A stretch of 64,000 nucleotides of DNA, taken from the NCBI GenBank assembly GCA_002189035.1, contig NEEC01000009.1, positions 62,001 through 126,000 of the forward strand, written 5' to 3'. Under the pieces are notes generated by a model, which worked only from the letters and a program-made list of their open reading frames with translations, did no database searches and was not told where the DNA came from. Shown here piece after piece: positions 37,569 to 51,100 of this stretch. Numbering within the stretch: the stretch's first letter is position 1; each line of letters starts with the position of its first letter. The DNA comes from Utricularia gibba. Taxonomy: Eukaryota; Plantae; Magnoliophyta. Position numbers and translations under genes: made by a program.

Positions 37569-40500
37569 ATTGGATTCTGACAAGATGCAATAAAAAAACG
37601 AAAACGGTGTACAGTTCAGTGAAGATAGAAGAACCACAAGCGTGCGGTGTGCGTGTCTGAATTTGAAGTTAACTCTGTTATCTACGAAGCTGTCACGTCA
37701 CTTGCGTGCGCCAAGACACCAGATGTAATTGTATTTAATTTAATCTAATTATTCAACTGTATCCAATTGCATTAATAATAATGATTTTCTAACGCAGTGC
37801 TCAAGAAGATTAAACAACTTCTCATATCTATCAGTCCGTTTTTCATACAAGTCAAATAGCATTACCTAAATATCTATTTTGATCATATTGTTTTGCACGT
37901 TATCAATTATAATCAAAATAATTTGATATATTAAATATTAACAACAATGTATTATCCATTTTAACCAAACTTTTTCTCGGTTCAATTTCAATAACAAATC
38001 TTTTTCGCGATCAAAACTTGACATCATACACAAACGCCATGGACATTTGACTAACATAAAAAAAATTACAGGCACCTCAAAGGTGCATGCAAGAAAAGTT
38101 GAAAAATTAAAAATACAAGAAAAAATTAATAGGTTTGTAGTACCTACAAAAAAAAAAAAATTATAGGCACCACAGATGCTCGTTTGCAACGCCACCATAA
38201 TATATAAAATTAAAAAACTTTACATTACAATTCCAAGGGACCCTTATGATGTATGCCATTTCGATAAATTTCTAATATATTTCTACATTGCACTGCAAAT
38301 TTGCATTACTAAACCTTTTTTTTCCAACGTTGGTGTTTTTGGTTGTCTTATTTTTCCTTTTCAAACATATGTGTGCTGAGAATTACATTAAAATGCAAAA
38401 AATGATATATACATTACAAGCACTGCAAACACTTCTAGCTTTTTTTAAAGTCTCTTTCAATTTACACTATGGGCACCACTACAAGTGCAATGCTATTTTT
38501 CTTTTTTTAAAAAAAATATTAACCTCCGACATTATAAATGAATTTTACGGTGATTGTCATTTCATATATTATTTTATATTCATTTAAACAGTAATGCATG
38601 CTGACAATAATAACTTTTTTTTTTTGAAAGTGCATGCACCATGATGACACATATTTTGGTAGTATTTTAATTCATGAAAGTTGAGGGATTAAGTTGCAAA
38701 TAAAAGAAAAGTGCATGGCTTTCTTGTTAGCCATGGAAAAGAGTTTGTAATCACCAAATCACGCATTGAGCTCGACAAATTAGGTTCAGAAATACAATTC
38801 ATCAAGACAAGAGTCAACGAATTAAACACTTGAACTTGATTCATAATACGAGTTGGCTGAGTTGTATATTTAAAGTACAAACACTGCATGTAAACTAAAC
38901 GATGCTTGTAATAATTTGCCAAGATAATAGTACTATACAACACCGTACGTGCACTAAACAAATGCTTGTCATAACTTACAAAAGGAAACAAGTGCATAAC
39001 ATTTTGTGTGCATTCATAGATACTTATCATAACTCGTGAAAGCAAACATCACCATGTAATATTGTATATGCGTTAATTAGTGTTTGTCATAATTTGTAAA
39101 AAAAAAAAAAAAAAAAACAGTGTTGCATAACATTGTATGAGGTCTATAAAAATGTCGAGCATATATTTATAACACCAATGTGTAGTAGTTCAGTGCATGA
39201 TTAAATATGCTAATTGAAAAGCCCTCAATTGATGCAGTTGACTTAGTTTTCTTCTGGGTGTATTATTTTAAGTACTTTTACTGATCTCATAGAAGTTCAA
39301 TTAATAGACTTTCTAAATTATGAACTTGAGTTACCTATTCTTAAATTTTCTTGAGAAAACTCACCTTTTGATAAAAGATGTCATTAAAACAAAATCCTTC
39401 AATAACAAAATGTTTCTATCAAATCCCCCGATTATGTAGTTCAAATTATCTTCATACCTAAGTGATCCAAATATTCTTTCATGCATACTACCTAGATTTT
39501 CAATAATATTGGTATTACCATCCCTCAAATACTTTGTGATGGAGTCTGAAATCGGATGAGTTAATCGGTTATTCAAAAAGAAACCAAAAGGTGCCCTAAC
39601 AAATTGTTGAAGACTGACAGACCGAAATGTGTCAGGGTTTGGCAGAGTCGGCCGTTTTGGACAGTTTGAAAAGTAGCCGAATTGTAGCGATGTCATGACC
39701 GTCGATGTTTATTTGGTATCAAGACCATAGTATGGACTGCAGGCGCAAAAAATAATCGACATCTACAGAATTCAAAATTCGGTCAGACTAATATCTTCTA
39801 TAAATATAAGAAACCCTGAAGAAGAAGGGGTTGAACTCCCGGCTTTCGAACTTGTATTTTTTCTCTACCTCCATCTAGTAAAATTATTTTCTGGCGAGCT
39901 CCAATAGTTCCGTGGTTTTTCTGTTCTCCAACGATTTCCATGTTGAAATCCTTGTCTTTCTTCATTTCTGTCAACCGCATCACATCACTCAAAACGTTGA
40001 AATCTTAATCGGATACGACGTGTTCGACTGTATCCTTGACTTGGGAATCAGTCTCCAACTTAGTGCCAATTTTTGACCACAACACTTTGCATTTGCAATT
40101 TATTCATACTTATAAAGTAAGTTCATAATGCAGACATATATTAAATTTATGATGATTTAATCATTATTGTCAATGTATCATCATTATACTCTCTTTTAAT
40201 TTCTCTGATATTTAGAAACAACAAATGGATGCATACTATACTTGTTACAATATATTCATTATTTTAGCTTAATTATGTGCACCATCAATTGAAATATCTA
40301 GTTAACTTTTGAACCTCTTTTATATGTCATTCCCACCATCTAAAAAAACGATATATCATTTATACTACTAGTATTGGCATGGATCACAAATAAATGGAAA
40401 TTTTATTTAAGGCTTCCATCAATTCTTAATTGAAAGTGGTACCAAAGGTCTTTGTACTATTGAACTAAGTCAATTCCATAATAGACGCCTTTGGTGTTTC

Positions 40501-40999
40501 ACTCTTTATTGGTTTTTTGTTCATCATTTTTTGACTAGACATAAGCCCTCAATTGTTGCTTGAGTTCATTGCACAGGCCCACAATCCATTCCAATTGGCT
40601 CACATTATAATTGTTCATAAGATGGTTTTGGTACATTCCGTGCAGAGGCAATAGCTAATACCCTTAACTTGCCATCACCATATCCATCCTCGCCAACCCC
40701 ATGATACCCTCACACTTGTGTCAAATCCTAAGCAGCCCATCTTGTCTTGCTCTACTTGTTTGACCTATATCTTTGCAAATGTTACTATTGCCCTCTTACC
40801 TTTCATAGTTCGTCGTGTGAGCTGCTTGTGATTTGCTCTGTCAATACGTGCTCCACATCCCATGTCTTATGTACATGCATCCATCCTTGCATTTGACATA
40901 TTGTTATCCATTAATTGAAAACACTTTGTTTTTAATAGGTTTAAGTTAGAAGTGAAAAGTTAGCATTTTATTAAGTATTTTAATCCTTTTGCAATTAAT

Positions 41000-43312
41000 A
41001 ATTCGGTCTTAAGTAGTTTATCTTAGATTGGGACTAAATGTTTGATTTAATCATTTTTCTTAAACCAATGCAAGATGTTTTTAACAAGTGAAATCCCACA
41101 AAGCCGAAAATGCACAGTACTATTGTAGAATGATGAAGACAAAAAATATGACAAAAGCCGAAAATCAATAAAGGATAAATTACCAAATCCTGCGATGTCA
41201 AAAAGGAGATTTTGGAGAGAAAAAAATATCTAATCTTCGCAAAACACACAAGGGAGGAAATCTGAAGAAAAAATTCGTAGAAGGATAAGAGGGTGAAGAA
41301 GGAGACAAAATGAGGAACCAAGCTGATCCTTCGAAGATTTCTCATTCATTAAGAATAGTATTTCTAAGAAGAAGTAGACGATGAACGTTTTAGCATTTCA
41401 CATTGAACTATTTACATTTTCTGCTGTTGTTTAGTTTCCTCTTACCAAATGTTGCATGTTGTTTCCTCAAAAATTTTTAAATATTTAAAACGTAAAACAT
41501 CAAAAAGCGTAGTACGAGTATCGACCTCAAGGAGTTGTTTTTCGTGAAAAGTGTTTTGTAAGAAACTTCTACAAAATGTCACGGTTTTGTTAAAGTAGGT
41601 TTGTGAAATGCAGAAATAAAAATGACAATCTAAGTGATGGGCCGAGATTACGAGACGCAGTTCCTGGGAATGAGATTCCATCTCCTTCCTTTGTCCATCC
41701 TTGCCTCAGTTTTCATTGATTTCTTCCAAATAGCTAGTTATAGGAGCAAGAAATAGCCTTCTCTCCCTTACACTCTGATTGAAAATGAGGCACAGGAATA
41801 ACCTCATGTGATTCCCCCTTGTACGATTTAGAAAACAAAAGGATTGCCTTCAAAAACGAATTGCGCGCATGTGCCCAGCAGTTGCCAATGGCCAATGTTA
41901 GATCCGAGGTCACAACCTGTCCATTGTCGCGGTACCTAGGCCACAAACAATCTGCTACTTCCTCGAACCGGTAGGGTTGGAGTTGGTGCTCTTCACTTTG
42001 ATCTTCACCAAAATCTATGAGGAGTAGTCTACTACTCATGAACCTTGACTAGGAGTCGTTACAGAAAAACTACAATGCGTGGAAGTATGCGAAATCCGAA
42101 ATGAATTCAGCGAAGAATCGAGTGTATTGCTCAAGACTTGGAAGGAAACTTCATCTTCTCCCAAAATCTAAAATATTTTAGCCACAAAGGGCCATCAAAA
42201 TAAAAACGAAATTGGAAGCTAAGTGTTCTTTCACCTTGGATGGAGGAAGAACTCAAAAGTTCTAAGTTTAGAAAGAAAATGGCAAAATTTCAAAACTAAG
42301 TGTTCCAAGTTGCTTTTATATCACTCCCCACGTGCATTAACTCCTTTGGGTCTCCTTTTCCATCATTCCTTTTGTCTTGCATGCGCCACCAGCTTTTCTT
42401 TGCGTGCAAATTAGCGCCTAATCATTTCTGCAGACTCTGAGATACCGTAAGTCACAGGCCTTGACCAGTGTCAGTCTTTCGCCCAAACTTGTTCCAAGTC
42501 ACATACAAGGCATGAAAAGTCAGACTCTGACCTCTTACAATACTTCTACAACACTTCACGACAGTCTCCTGACATGTCTCAGTCAAAGTGTACGAAAAAA
42601 AACAGAAAATATATATAAAAAAGAAAAATAGGTATTATAAATTAATACCTAATAATACCTAATAAATAATTAAAAAATAACACTTAATGCCACACTATAA
42701 TCTTGGACGTGATTACTATTGTATTATAAAATCATTTTTTAAATATAAATAGCTAACAACCAAGTAGTATATTAGAACTCAAATGATGTGAACATGACTT
42801 TTAAATATTATACCACATTATCTAGATTATCACACTAATTCCTTATGGAATCAACATAGAATCAAGAAGGAAAAATAGTATTACATTATAAGACAAATCT
42901 AATTAAAGATAGATAAAAAATTAGAAGAAGACAAAGGTTTATGTAGACTTGAACTTTTGTTTTGCTTGATCAATAATTTTTTTAGTTTGGATGAGATAAT
43001 GATGGTGATGATCATGATACTCTTGGAAATTTGAAGGCATCATATTATCTTCTTTTAGATAGAAATCTGATTTTCTTTTTTATTGTTTTACTATATTTTA
43101 TCGTAGAATTGCATTTATCCAAGCTTAGAGTTAATACACAATACGTCAATATCCAAACAACAAGCACAATACTTTTTGCGTTCGACCGAAATTCCACTAT
43201 GCTCATATTTGTTTTGTGATTGATTGTGAATTAAGACTTATTAATTTAGTTGATAGGAAAATTAAAAATAGCATTTAGTACAACGACAACGACTTGAAAT
43301 TTCATATTATCA
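41000..43312 (+). repeat. Degenerate Athila-type LTR pieces, with other LTR-like sequence inserted at about 41450-43000
   Basis: 43170-43312 matches the 3' end of the 7337 and 46962 LTRs (GTTCGACC..TCCACTATGCTCATATTT..TGATAGGAAAA..TTATCA). 41190-41400 resembles their purine-rich 5' part. Boundaries are uncertain. Confidence 0.5.
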
Positions 43313-43329
43313 CTATCACATGCAAGTCA

Positions 43330-43700
43330 CTTATTCTCATAAGATATGTTACTATACCATATTTTCATTATTACTTTATGCAACTATCCTAAATCTATTG
43401 CACCTATTCGATGTCTTATCATCTATGCTACCCTCGTTCCAATATAGTGGCATTTGAAATCTTATGCCATGCATGTCATCGTATGAAGCCATCTTTAAGC
43501 TTTCTTGGTGACTATTGTTGTCGGTAAATTCTACCAAATAGAGGTGTTTGCCCCATGCCCTCACAAAATTCCATTGCATGATATGCTTTAAAGTTTCTAC
43601 GATTGTTCTGATTTACGTTCTATGTAGGGGTGCATCGTCGCACTCATCAATATCTATCACTATGTTTGCTTTCCATAGATGGTACTTAATCTCTAATTTG
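43330..43700 (-). pseudogene. Gypsy (Del/Tekay-like) integrase remnant
   Basis: WGKHLYLVEFTDNNSHQESLKMASYDDMHG..FQMPLYWNE resembles [39 protein letters not shown]. Confidence 0.7.
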
Positions 43701-43727
43701 AAATCCTTCAACATCTCTATCCATCTA

Positions 43728-43731
<4 letters not shown>

Positions 43732-43773
<42 letters not shown>
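43732..43773. repeat. (AT)21 microsatellite
   Basis: 42-bp perfect AT run. Confidence 0.97.
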
Positions 43774-43775
<2 letters not shown>

Positions 43776-43799
43776 CATCACTCTCACACTTTGCAACAC

Positions 43800-44353
43800 A
43801 ATGAATACCTCTCTAACTCCCTCAATCTTTGATGTTAAAGATCTTAAGGAGTATTTCGTATATGGAAAAAGAAGATGTGGGACTACTTCACATGCAATCA
43901 CTTGGAGAATACTTTGCTAAGCCGGCACACTACTTTCTAAAATTGACAAAAATAAGGTTTACAAAATGCTAGAGAAAAAGATATGCACAACATTAGATTC
44001 GACAGTAATTAGAGAAGCATATGAGTCTATCCTAGAGTGTAACAATCCTAGAGAAGTATGGAAATAATTCGAAAAAACATATATGGGAAACATTCTAAAG
44101 TGTAACAATTCTAGAGTGTAACAACGCTAAAAAAAGGAAACAAATGATATCTACTCTCGAGTTGATATACGAACAACAAAAAACCTACTATATTCACAAC
44201 ATTGACAAATAGTCAAAGTTCAATGTCAATCTTTCCTAAAAAGCTCTAGAAAATGTATCTTTTGACATCTCCAAAGAAAATGATATCTACTCTCGAGTTG
44301 GTATACGAACAACAAAAAACCCACGATTTTCACAACATTGATAGATAATCATA
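43800..44353 (+). mobile_element. Copia gag remnant followed by a local duplication of about 75 bp (44142 and 44278, 136-bp period)
   Basis: PSIFD...WKKKMWDYF and ESILECNNPREVWK*FEKTY read in shifted frames; AAATGATATCTACTCTCGAGTTG.TATACGAACAACAAAAAACC occurs twice. Confidence 0.55.
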
Positions 44354-44999
44354 TAAAAATAATCTTCGTACAAATGCCGTTAGATTATAACCCCTAAATT
44401 ACCATAAATACGAAGATAATATATTGAATATTTATACATGTCTTGGGTCAAGGAACAATGTCACGACCAACTTTTAGGGCTCAGAAAAAATGAGTCATAA
44501 TCACTCAATCCTAAGTAAAAACTAGAACTCATGATGATTTTTATAATGCAATCCATTAACATTAAAATGGATAAATATATAAGTAAACTAAATATAAGAC
44601 TTTGTCCAAGTGTTTTTATCTAAAGTAGTTTATAAGTTCATTATCAAATAAATTTAAAATGTAATATCTATTAGCATTAATATCATTTTATTTACCCATA
44701 CAATACCGTTTTTTCATTATTAATCTCTTTATTTTTTTTGTTGCAGAAATGGTCACTTTTCTTCATCTAAAATATCATTCATCTTCTAATGAGTGTTTGT
44801 CGTCTTTTTTTAATGGGCTTTTACCCTCTTTTTCCAATTGTTTTTGCATCCATTAGAGGTGAAAATAGTTCAGGGATAATTAAGTCTGAAAAATTTAATA
44901 CAATATATCCATACATTTAATATCTATCCAAAATAACATACAAATGATTAACTTTGGTTGGTAAACTTGAAAATGTAAACCGGTTTCTCCATTGTAAGC

Positions 45000-46950
45000 T
45001 ACCCATAGCATCACTTGGAGGGTAAATTGTTTTCTCTATCTCCTTTTTTCCTCTTCAAACATCTCTTAAGATTTGAAAGTGTAACATATCTATTGCTACC
45101 TTCACAATAACTAGTGCATTAACAGCAATTGTATTTTTAGAAACTTGAAATGTCATTGTAGGTTGTTGAACCTGACTTGTTGAATCCTGATATGTTACCA
45201 ATAAGTATTATACCTTAGATAATGATATATGACTCATTGATGTTGTTGGCATTGCTGCAAGTTGATGTTTTGGTGCAACAAATTTTTCCTTCGATACCTA
45301 ATCCAAATGACACATAAACATGACATTCAAATGAGAAAAAAGCATTTTTAAGATACATTCCATATATCAAACAGTGAACACGTAATCATCAGCCAAATCA
45401 ACACATCATAAAAAGGTTATCAACATACACATGAATACAATAATGATAGTTGGTTTTATACCATTCATTTTTTAGGGTTAATATCTTTTTCATTTGAATC
45501 TTGTATCCTTTTCCTCTGTTTTGTAACAGGTAACGATTCTTCACTTCCAACCTCATTTTCATGCTGCTCTTGGTTGATAGTTCCTTCATCATCATGTGAA
45601 CACTAAGGAAGAACACAAGATAAATGGCAACTATGAATATCTCATACCATGATATAATTGTAAATTGTAAGGCAATGCATACACGAGTTTTCTAAGTTGA
45701 AGGTGTTTTAGAGCTTGATTTTTTCTTACATGTTGCTTTATTGTGGCCTCTCATGTGGCAGAAACTACATTGATTTTTTTTTTTTTTTGGAGAAAGCCCT
45801 ACTAATCTGTATGGATCTTTCACTTTGGTAGGGGTTCTTCTGGTTGTCTTTTCCTTGCTCTTTTTGGTCTTCTAGGTCCTCTTTCATAAATTGGTGAGAG
45901 TGGGGATGGTAGATTAACATTATCCCAAAGGTCTGCACTTGGAATTCCTTGAATTCTATGTAGTCGTTGTGTTATATATGTTTCCTTCTTGTAGCAATCA
46001 TCTATATATTCCTCTATCCTCAATCCTTTATGGCATCATCCAGCAATTGCATGTGCACATGGAAGATATGCTAAATCCCAATTTCTGCAGACACATGTTC
46101 TCTCACATAGGTCTATTCTTCGCGCATCATATGCTCCTATCATTTCATACATCCAATCAAAAATACATAAGGGAATGAGTTCATTAGCAACCTCGTAAGC
46201 TTTTTCTAGTCTGGGACAGATTATATCCTTTTAAGGCATGGCATCATCTAATTGCTTGTTATTCTACATAATGAGATGTCTTCTAATCCCCTCAAGCAGC
46301 GAATTATACGTTTATCCCTCAACTCTAAAAGCATAGCATTATAAATCTCACAAAGATTATTTAGTAGAATACAAAGATTATTTAGTAGAATATCACACTT
46401 CGTAGTCTTTTCGAAAAAAACTCTGCTCCATTATTGTGGGGCTTACTCTTTAGTCATGTATGAGCTTCTCTATTAATTCCTTCAAGGTCATTCATGTATC
46501 TTTCAAAAATAGTTAATCTAATGGCTTTAGCATCACCCCACAAGCAACTTTTTACTACTTCTCTCATGTGTCCAGCAAGCTTCATATTACCATGTAGATG
46601 CCTTACACAAAACCTATAATCCACATGTGGCATGACCTCCTTAAACACTTCAAATAGCCCTTTTTTTTGTCTGAAATAAACATCCATCCATCTCCATCAC
46701 CAATGTGGAAATCCTGCTTCAACAATTGCAAAAACCATTTCCAAGTTGACTCATTTTCCTTCACTATTATTACAAAAGCTAAAGGATAAAGATTATTATT
46801 TGCATCAATTTCCATTGCAGTCAATAGCTGATCCTCGAACTTTCCCTTTAAAAAACATCCATCTACCCCCATAAAATACCTAAATCCATTGATAGCACAT
46901 ATTTTTGAGTGGCTCAATGCATGGAATTTACTCATTTTGTGCTACAAAAA
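45000..46950 (-). mobile_element. Mutator-like (MULE) transposase, 3' part (DDE core and SWIM finger)
   Basis: MGVDGCFLKGKFEDQLLTAMEIDANNNLYPLAF, WKWFL, FISDKKKG, YRFCVRHL; SWIM CVCRNWDLAYLPCAHAIA; YIDDCYKKETY. Frameshifted. Confidence 0.88.
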
Positions 46951-48101
46951 TTAAGCTTAATTGTCTGTTTCTATATTTTTGCACATAAGTACTATAGGAG
47001 TGCACTTTTAGTCTTAGTTGGGATTAAATCTGCGATTTAGTCTCAACCTTCTAACAGTTCCCTTCGAGCAATGCAGCATAGGTCGCAACACAAACCCCAA
47101 GGAGTTGAGTATGAATAGTGTGGTAGCAGAAAAGGTGACAGAATTCTGAAAAAGAGTACACACAAAGTTCAAGGAGGTGAAAAAGGAAGATTTTGGACAA
47201 AAAAGAAGAAAGGTGGGGAGAGAAGAGAGATCTCCCCTTGGAGACTCACAAACTACTTTCTGGAGAAGGTTTTCTAGGGAGGAAGAAGAAGGAAGACAAA
47301 CAGGAACGAAACTGAAGTTCAAGATTATTTTCTGTCTTCGAAAAATATTACTCCTAGCTAAGAGTAGCTAGTGACGTTTTTCAGTTTTTGTTGACACTTC
47401 ATATTACTTGCTTGTTTGCTTTTTGGAATTTGACTGTAAAATGAGCACATTGTGGGTGATGTTTTCTTTCCCACTTTCGTTTACCTTAAGCATGAGTGGC
47501 TAAGTACTTAGGAGGGTGCCTTGGGGTAAAAGGGGGAGAAACATGTTAATCAACCTTTAGATCTAAACAGCCATGAGTCACGCCACTTCCTTAACAAACC
47601 AGGATAGATCCAGGAGGGGAAGTAGTGAAACCCAACTTAACAACCCTAATTAGAGGTAGACCAAAGATTAGGGGGAAAAACAAGAATCCGGGTAGATCTA
47701 GATCTTGTGAGTTAGTTGTATGATTTGTGGTTTGTGTGAGTTTGTTTAGTGATGAGCATACATCCCCTAGGAGTCCCAAGGCATCACCCATTCCATTCCA
47801 AAAACAACCGAACTCTAGAACTTATTACTTTTCTTTATAGTATTTCGTTTTAGTTCTGCCTTAGTCCTAGCTAAGACCAATTTTACCAACGTGACATTGA
47901 TTCCTTGCATTGACCTTCACATAGCAAGCACCTAACTTCTTGTGTTCGACCCTAGTCCACTATGCTCATAATTGTTTTATGCTTGAATGTGTATTAGGTT
48001 ATAAATATATTTGATAGGAAAGTTTACATTTACGACGTGTGCGTTTATCAAATTGGCGCCGTTGCCGGGGAGCGGTGTTTAATTGTTTTGTGATTCGGTT
48101 G

Positions 48102-51100
48102 ATGCATTTGCGTTCTTCTGGTGCAGGTGATCTTGTTTTCCATCCAAAAATTGAGAGAACTATCAGCAAGAACCGCACAAGAGTGAGAGAAGCAGCAAGG
48201 TTGAGCAGACTCCCTGTTGTTGCTCAAACTAATTTCAATATGGCAGAACAGGAGAAGACCCTAAATGAGCTTGATGCAGCTGACCACACGTACAGAGAGC
48301 TGTGTATTAGGTTCTCTAAAGACACAGCTAATGAATTGAAGCCAGTCATGATCAATTTTCTGCCAAAATACTATGGAAAAGTGGGTGAAAACCCACATGA
48401 ACATCTTGACAACATAACTGCTGTTTGCACCTCCTTTAAGAGTGCTGGGATGACTGAGGATGCCATCTATTTGAGGGCATTCCAATTTACGCTGGAAGGA
48501 AGTGCAAAAACGTGGTTCAACTCTTTGAAGCCTGGGAGCATCACAGATTGGAGTGTGATGAAGAAAGTATTTCTCAGCAAATATTTCCTTGCTTCAAAAG
48601 CTGAAGGAATAAGGAAGGAGATCAGTGATATTGAGCAGTCAAATGGTGAATCTTTACATAAATATTGGGAGCGCTTTAATCACCTACTAGACTCCTGTCC
48701 ACACCACGGATTTTAGACCAATGCATTGGTCAAGAATTTTTATGATGGTCTTTTATGCATAGACAGGGCCATGGTGGACTGTGCAGCAGGTGGGTTTTTG
48801 AGAAAAAAAACTCTCACAGAAGCTCTTGCACTACTTGAGGAGTTGGCTGAGCATTCCAGGCACATAATCAGGAAACAGGCCTCGAATAGAAGAGTATATG
48901 AGCTGGAATGCAAGCCAAAGTCATCAGAAAGTGACCTAACGAAAAATGTGGCAGCCATGTCTGAGATGATGAAGGAACTCTTTTTATTCCAAGCTAAGAA
49001 TATGCCCTGCGGGAACTGCCACAGAATGGGACACATTGCTGATAAATGTCCCCAATTGATGGAGGAAGAACATGTGAAGGCAATGGGATGTTTGGAGCCA
49101 CAAAGGAAGAAATATGATCCCTATTCGAGCACTTACAATCCTGGATGGAGGGATCATCCAAATTTCAGATGGAGTAATAGTGATAATTTTCACAAGGGTG
49201 AGAGTTCATCAGCTGGACAGCAAGGATTTCAGCAAAATTTCCAGGAGCAACAGCAACGTTCTTACCAAGCTCCACAATTTCGCAAGCCAAACCAGCAAAT
49301 GCAACAGCAATTTCAGCCTCCAAACTAGAATAATTCTGGAAGTTCATTGGAGGATATCTTGAAGACTTTTATGACCCAATCAATAAAAAACCAAGCTGAG
49401 AACCAACAAGCTATCAAGAATCTTAAAATTCAAGTTACTCAGCTAGCAACAGAGGTTGGGGAGCTGAAGAAAAAAGGAAGCCTACCGTCGCAAGCCAAAC
49501 AGAATCCTAACTCTGGGGAGGATAGAATATCAGCGCAATGACATTGAGAAGCGGAAAAGAAAAACCTGGAAGAGAATTAGCCCAACCTAAGAGTAATTTA
49601 GAGGCAGCGGGAGAAGAGTATAAAGTTGAGGTGGAAGGAGACGTTGAAGAACAGGAGGTGGAGATTGCTACTGAGCCTCTTGTGGTAAAAGTAACCCCAC
49701 CACCATTTCCAGGAAGGCTGAAGGCGAGAGAGGAGCAAAATGAAAAAGAAAAGATGTTGAGAGCCTTGGGAAATACCCAATTAAATTTGACATTGCTAGA
49801 GTATATTGACTTGGGGCCCAAAAGCGTGAAGTACCTAAAGCAGCTCTATATGTCAAAGCCAAAATTGAAGGAAAAAGGCAAGGTAAAGTTGAGTGAGAGT
49901 TGTTCAGCCCTTTTGACTTGGAAACTATCTGAAAAACGCAAGGACCCTGAAACATTTTTTATTCCTTGCAAAATAGGTGACCTAAACATTAGGAGCCATG
50001 GCTGACCTGGGAGCCTCTGTAAACATGATGTCTTTTTCTGTATATGAGACTCTCAGGTTAGGACCTCTACAATCCTCAAGAGTGCAAATTGAGCTTGCTG
50101 ACCGAAGAGTTATTTCTCCAAAGGGCTTGGATGAAGATGTTCTAGTGAAGATAGAGCAACTAGTGTTTCCAGCAGACTTCTATGTGGTAAATATGTCTGC
50201 TGAAAGTTCAAGGGATACGACCATCATCCTTGGAAGACTCTTCTTGAGCACTTCCAATGCCATAATTAATGTGAAGATGGGTACAATTGAGTTATCCTTT
50301 GATGAAGAAAAGATCACGCTGGACATAAAGGAAGTAAACAATTATCCCAGCGATTTTGAGAGTGCATGCTCAATGGATGTGATGGATAAATTGGTTGAGG
50401 AGCATTTTGAGAAGGCAATCCAAGAGAAGGAAGAGGAACATGAAAAATCATTTTTTGCAAGAGTGGAAGCCAAAAAAAGGTCAGAACAAATGAATGCTAT
50501 GCAAGTCAAGACCCTAGAGGAGAGGATAGGTGAGCTGAAGTCACTGCCCACACACTTGAAGTACGCATTCTTGGATGAAGAAATGAACAACCCGGTTATC
50601 ATCTCAAATAGTCTTAGCTTAGACCAAGAATCGCGACTACTGGACGTGCTGATCAGGAATAATAAGGCGATTGGCTGGACTCTTGGAGATATTGAAGGCA
50701 TCTCTCCCTCTATATGTATGCACAGGATTTTATTAGAAGATGGAGCAAATCCTGTTCGCCAGCCACAAAGGCGCCTCAACCCAAATATGATGGAGGTGGT
50801 AAAGAAGGAAATTGTAAAACTTCATGATGCAGGTATAATCTACTCCATTACAGACAGCGAATGGATGAGTTCAATCCATGTGGTACCCAAGAAGACTGGT
50901 ATGACAGTGGTGGAGAACGAGAAGGAAGAGCTGGTGCCTCAAAGAATTCAAAATGGATGGAGAATATGCATAGACTATAGGAAATTAAATGAAGTGACCA
51001 AAAAGGACCATTACCCCTTACCTTTCATTGATCAAATGCTCGAAAAGTTAGTAGGAAAATCTTTTTATTGCTTCTTAGATGGTTATTCTGGATATAACCA

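Noticed and set aside
39361-39696. 111-aa minus-strand ORF with faint Helitron Rep-like wording (LQQF, GSLRY)
   Set aside because: Too few conserved residues and no Helitron termini or helicase motifs nearby.
40440-40900. GC-richer, coding-like patch in the AT-rich intergenic region
   Set aside because: All frames are interrupted and no motif is recognisable; probably an old TE fragment.
41445-41470. TGGTAAGAGG on the minus strand next to CAACA as a PBS of a nested LTR
   Set aside because: Not a recognised tRNA complement and no gag follows.
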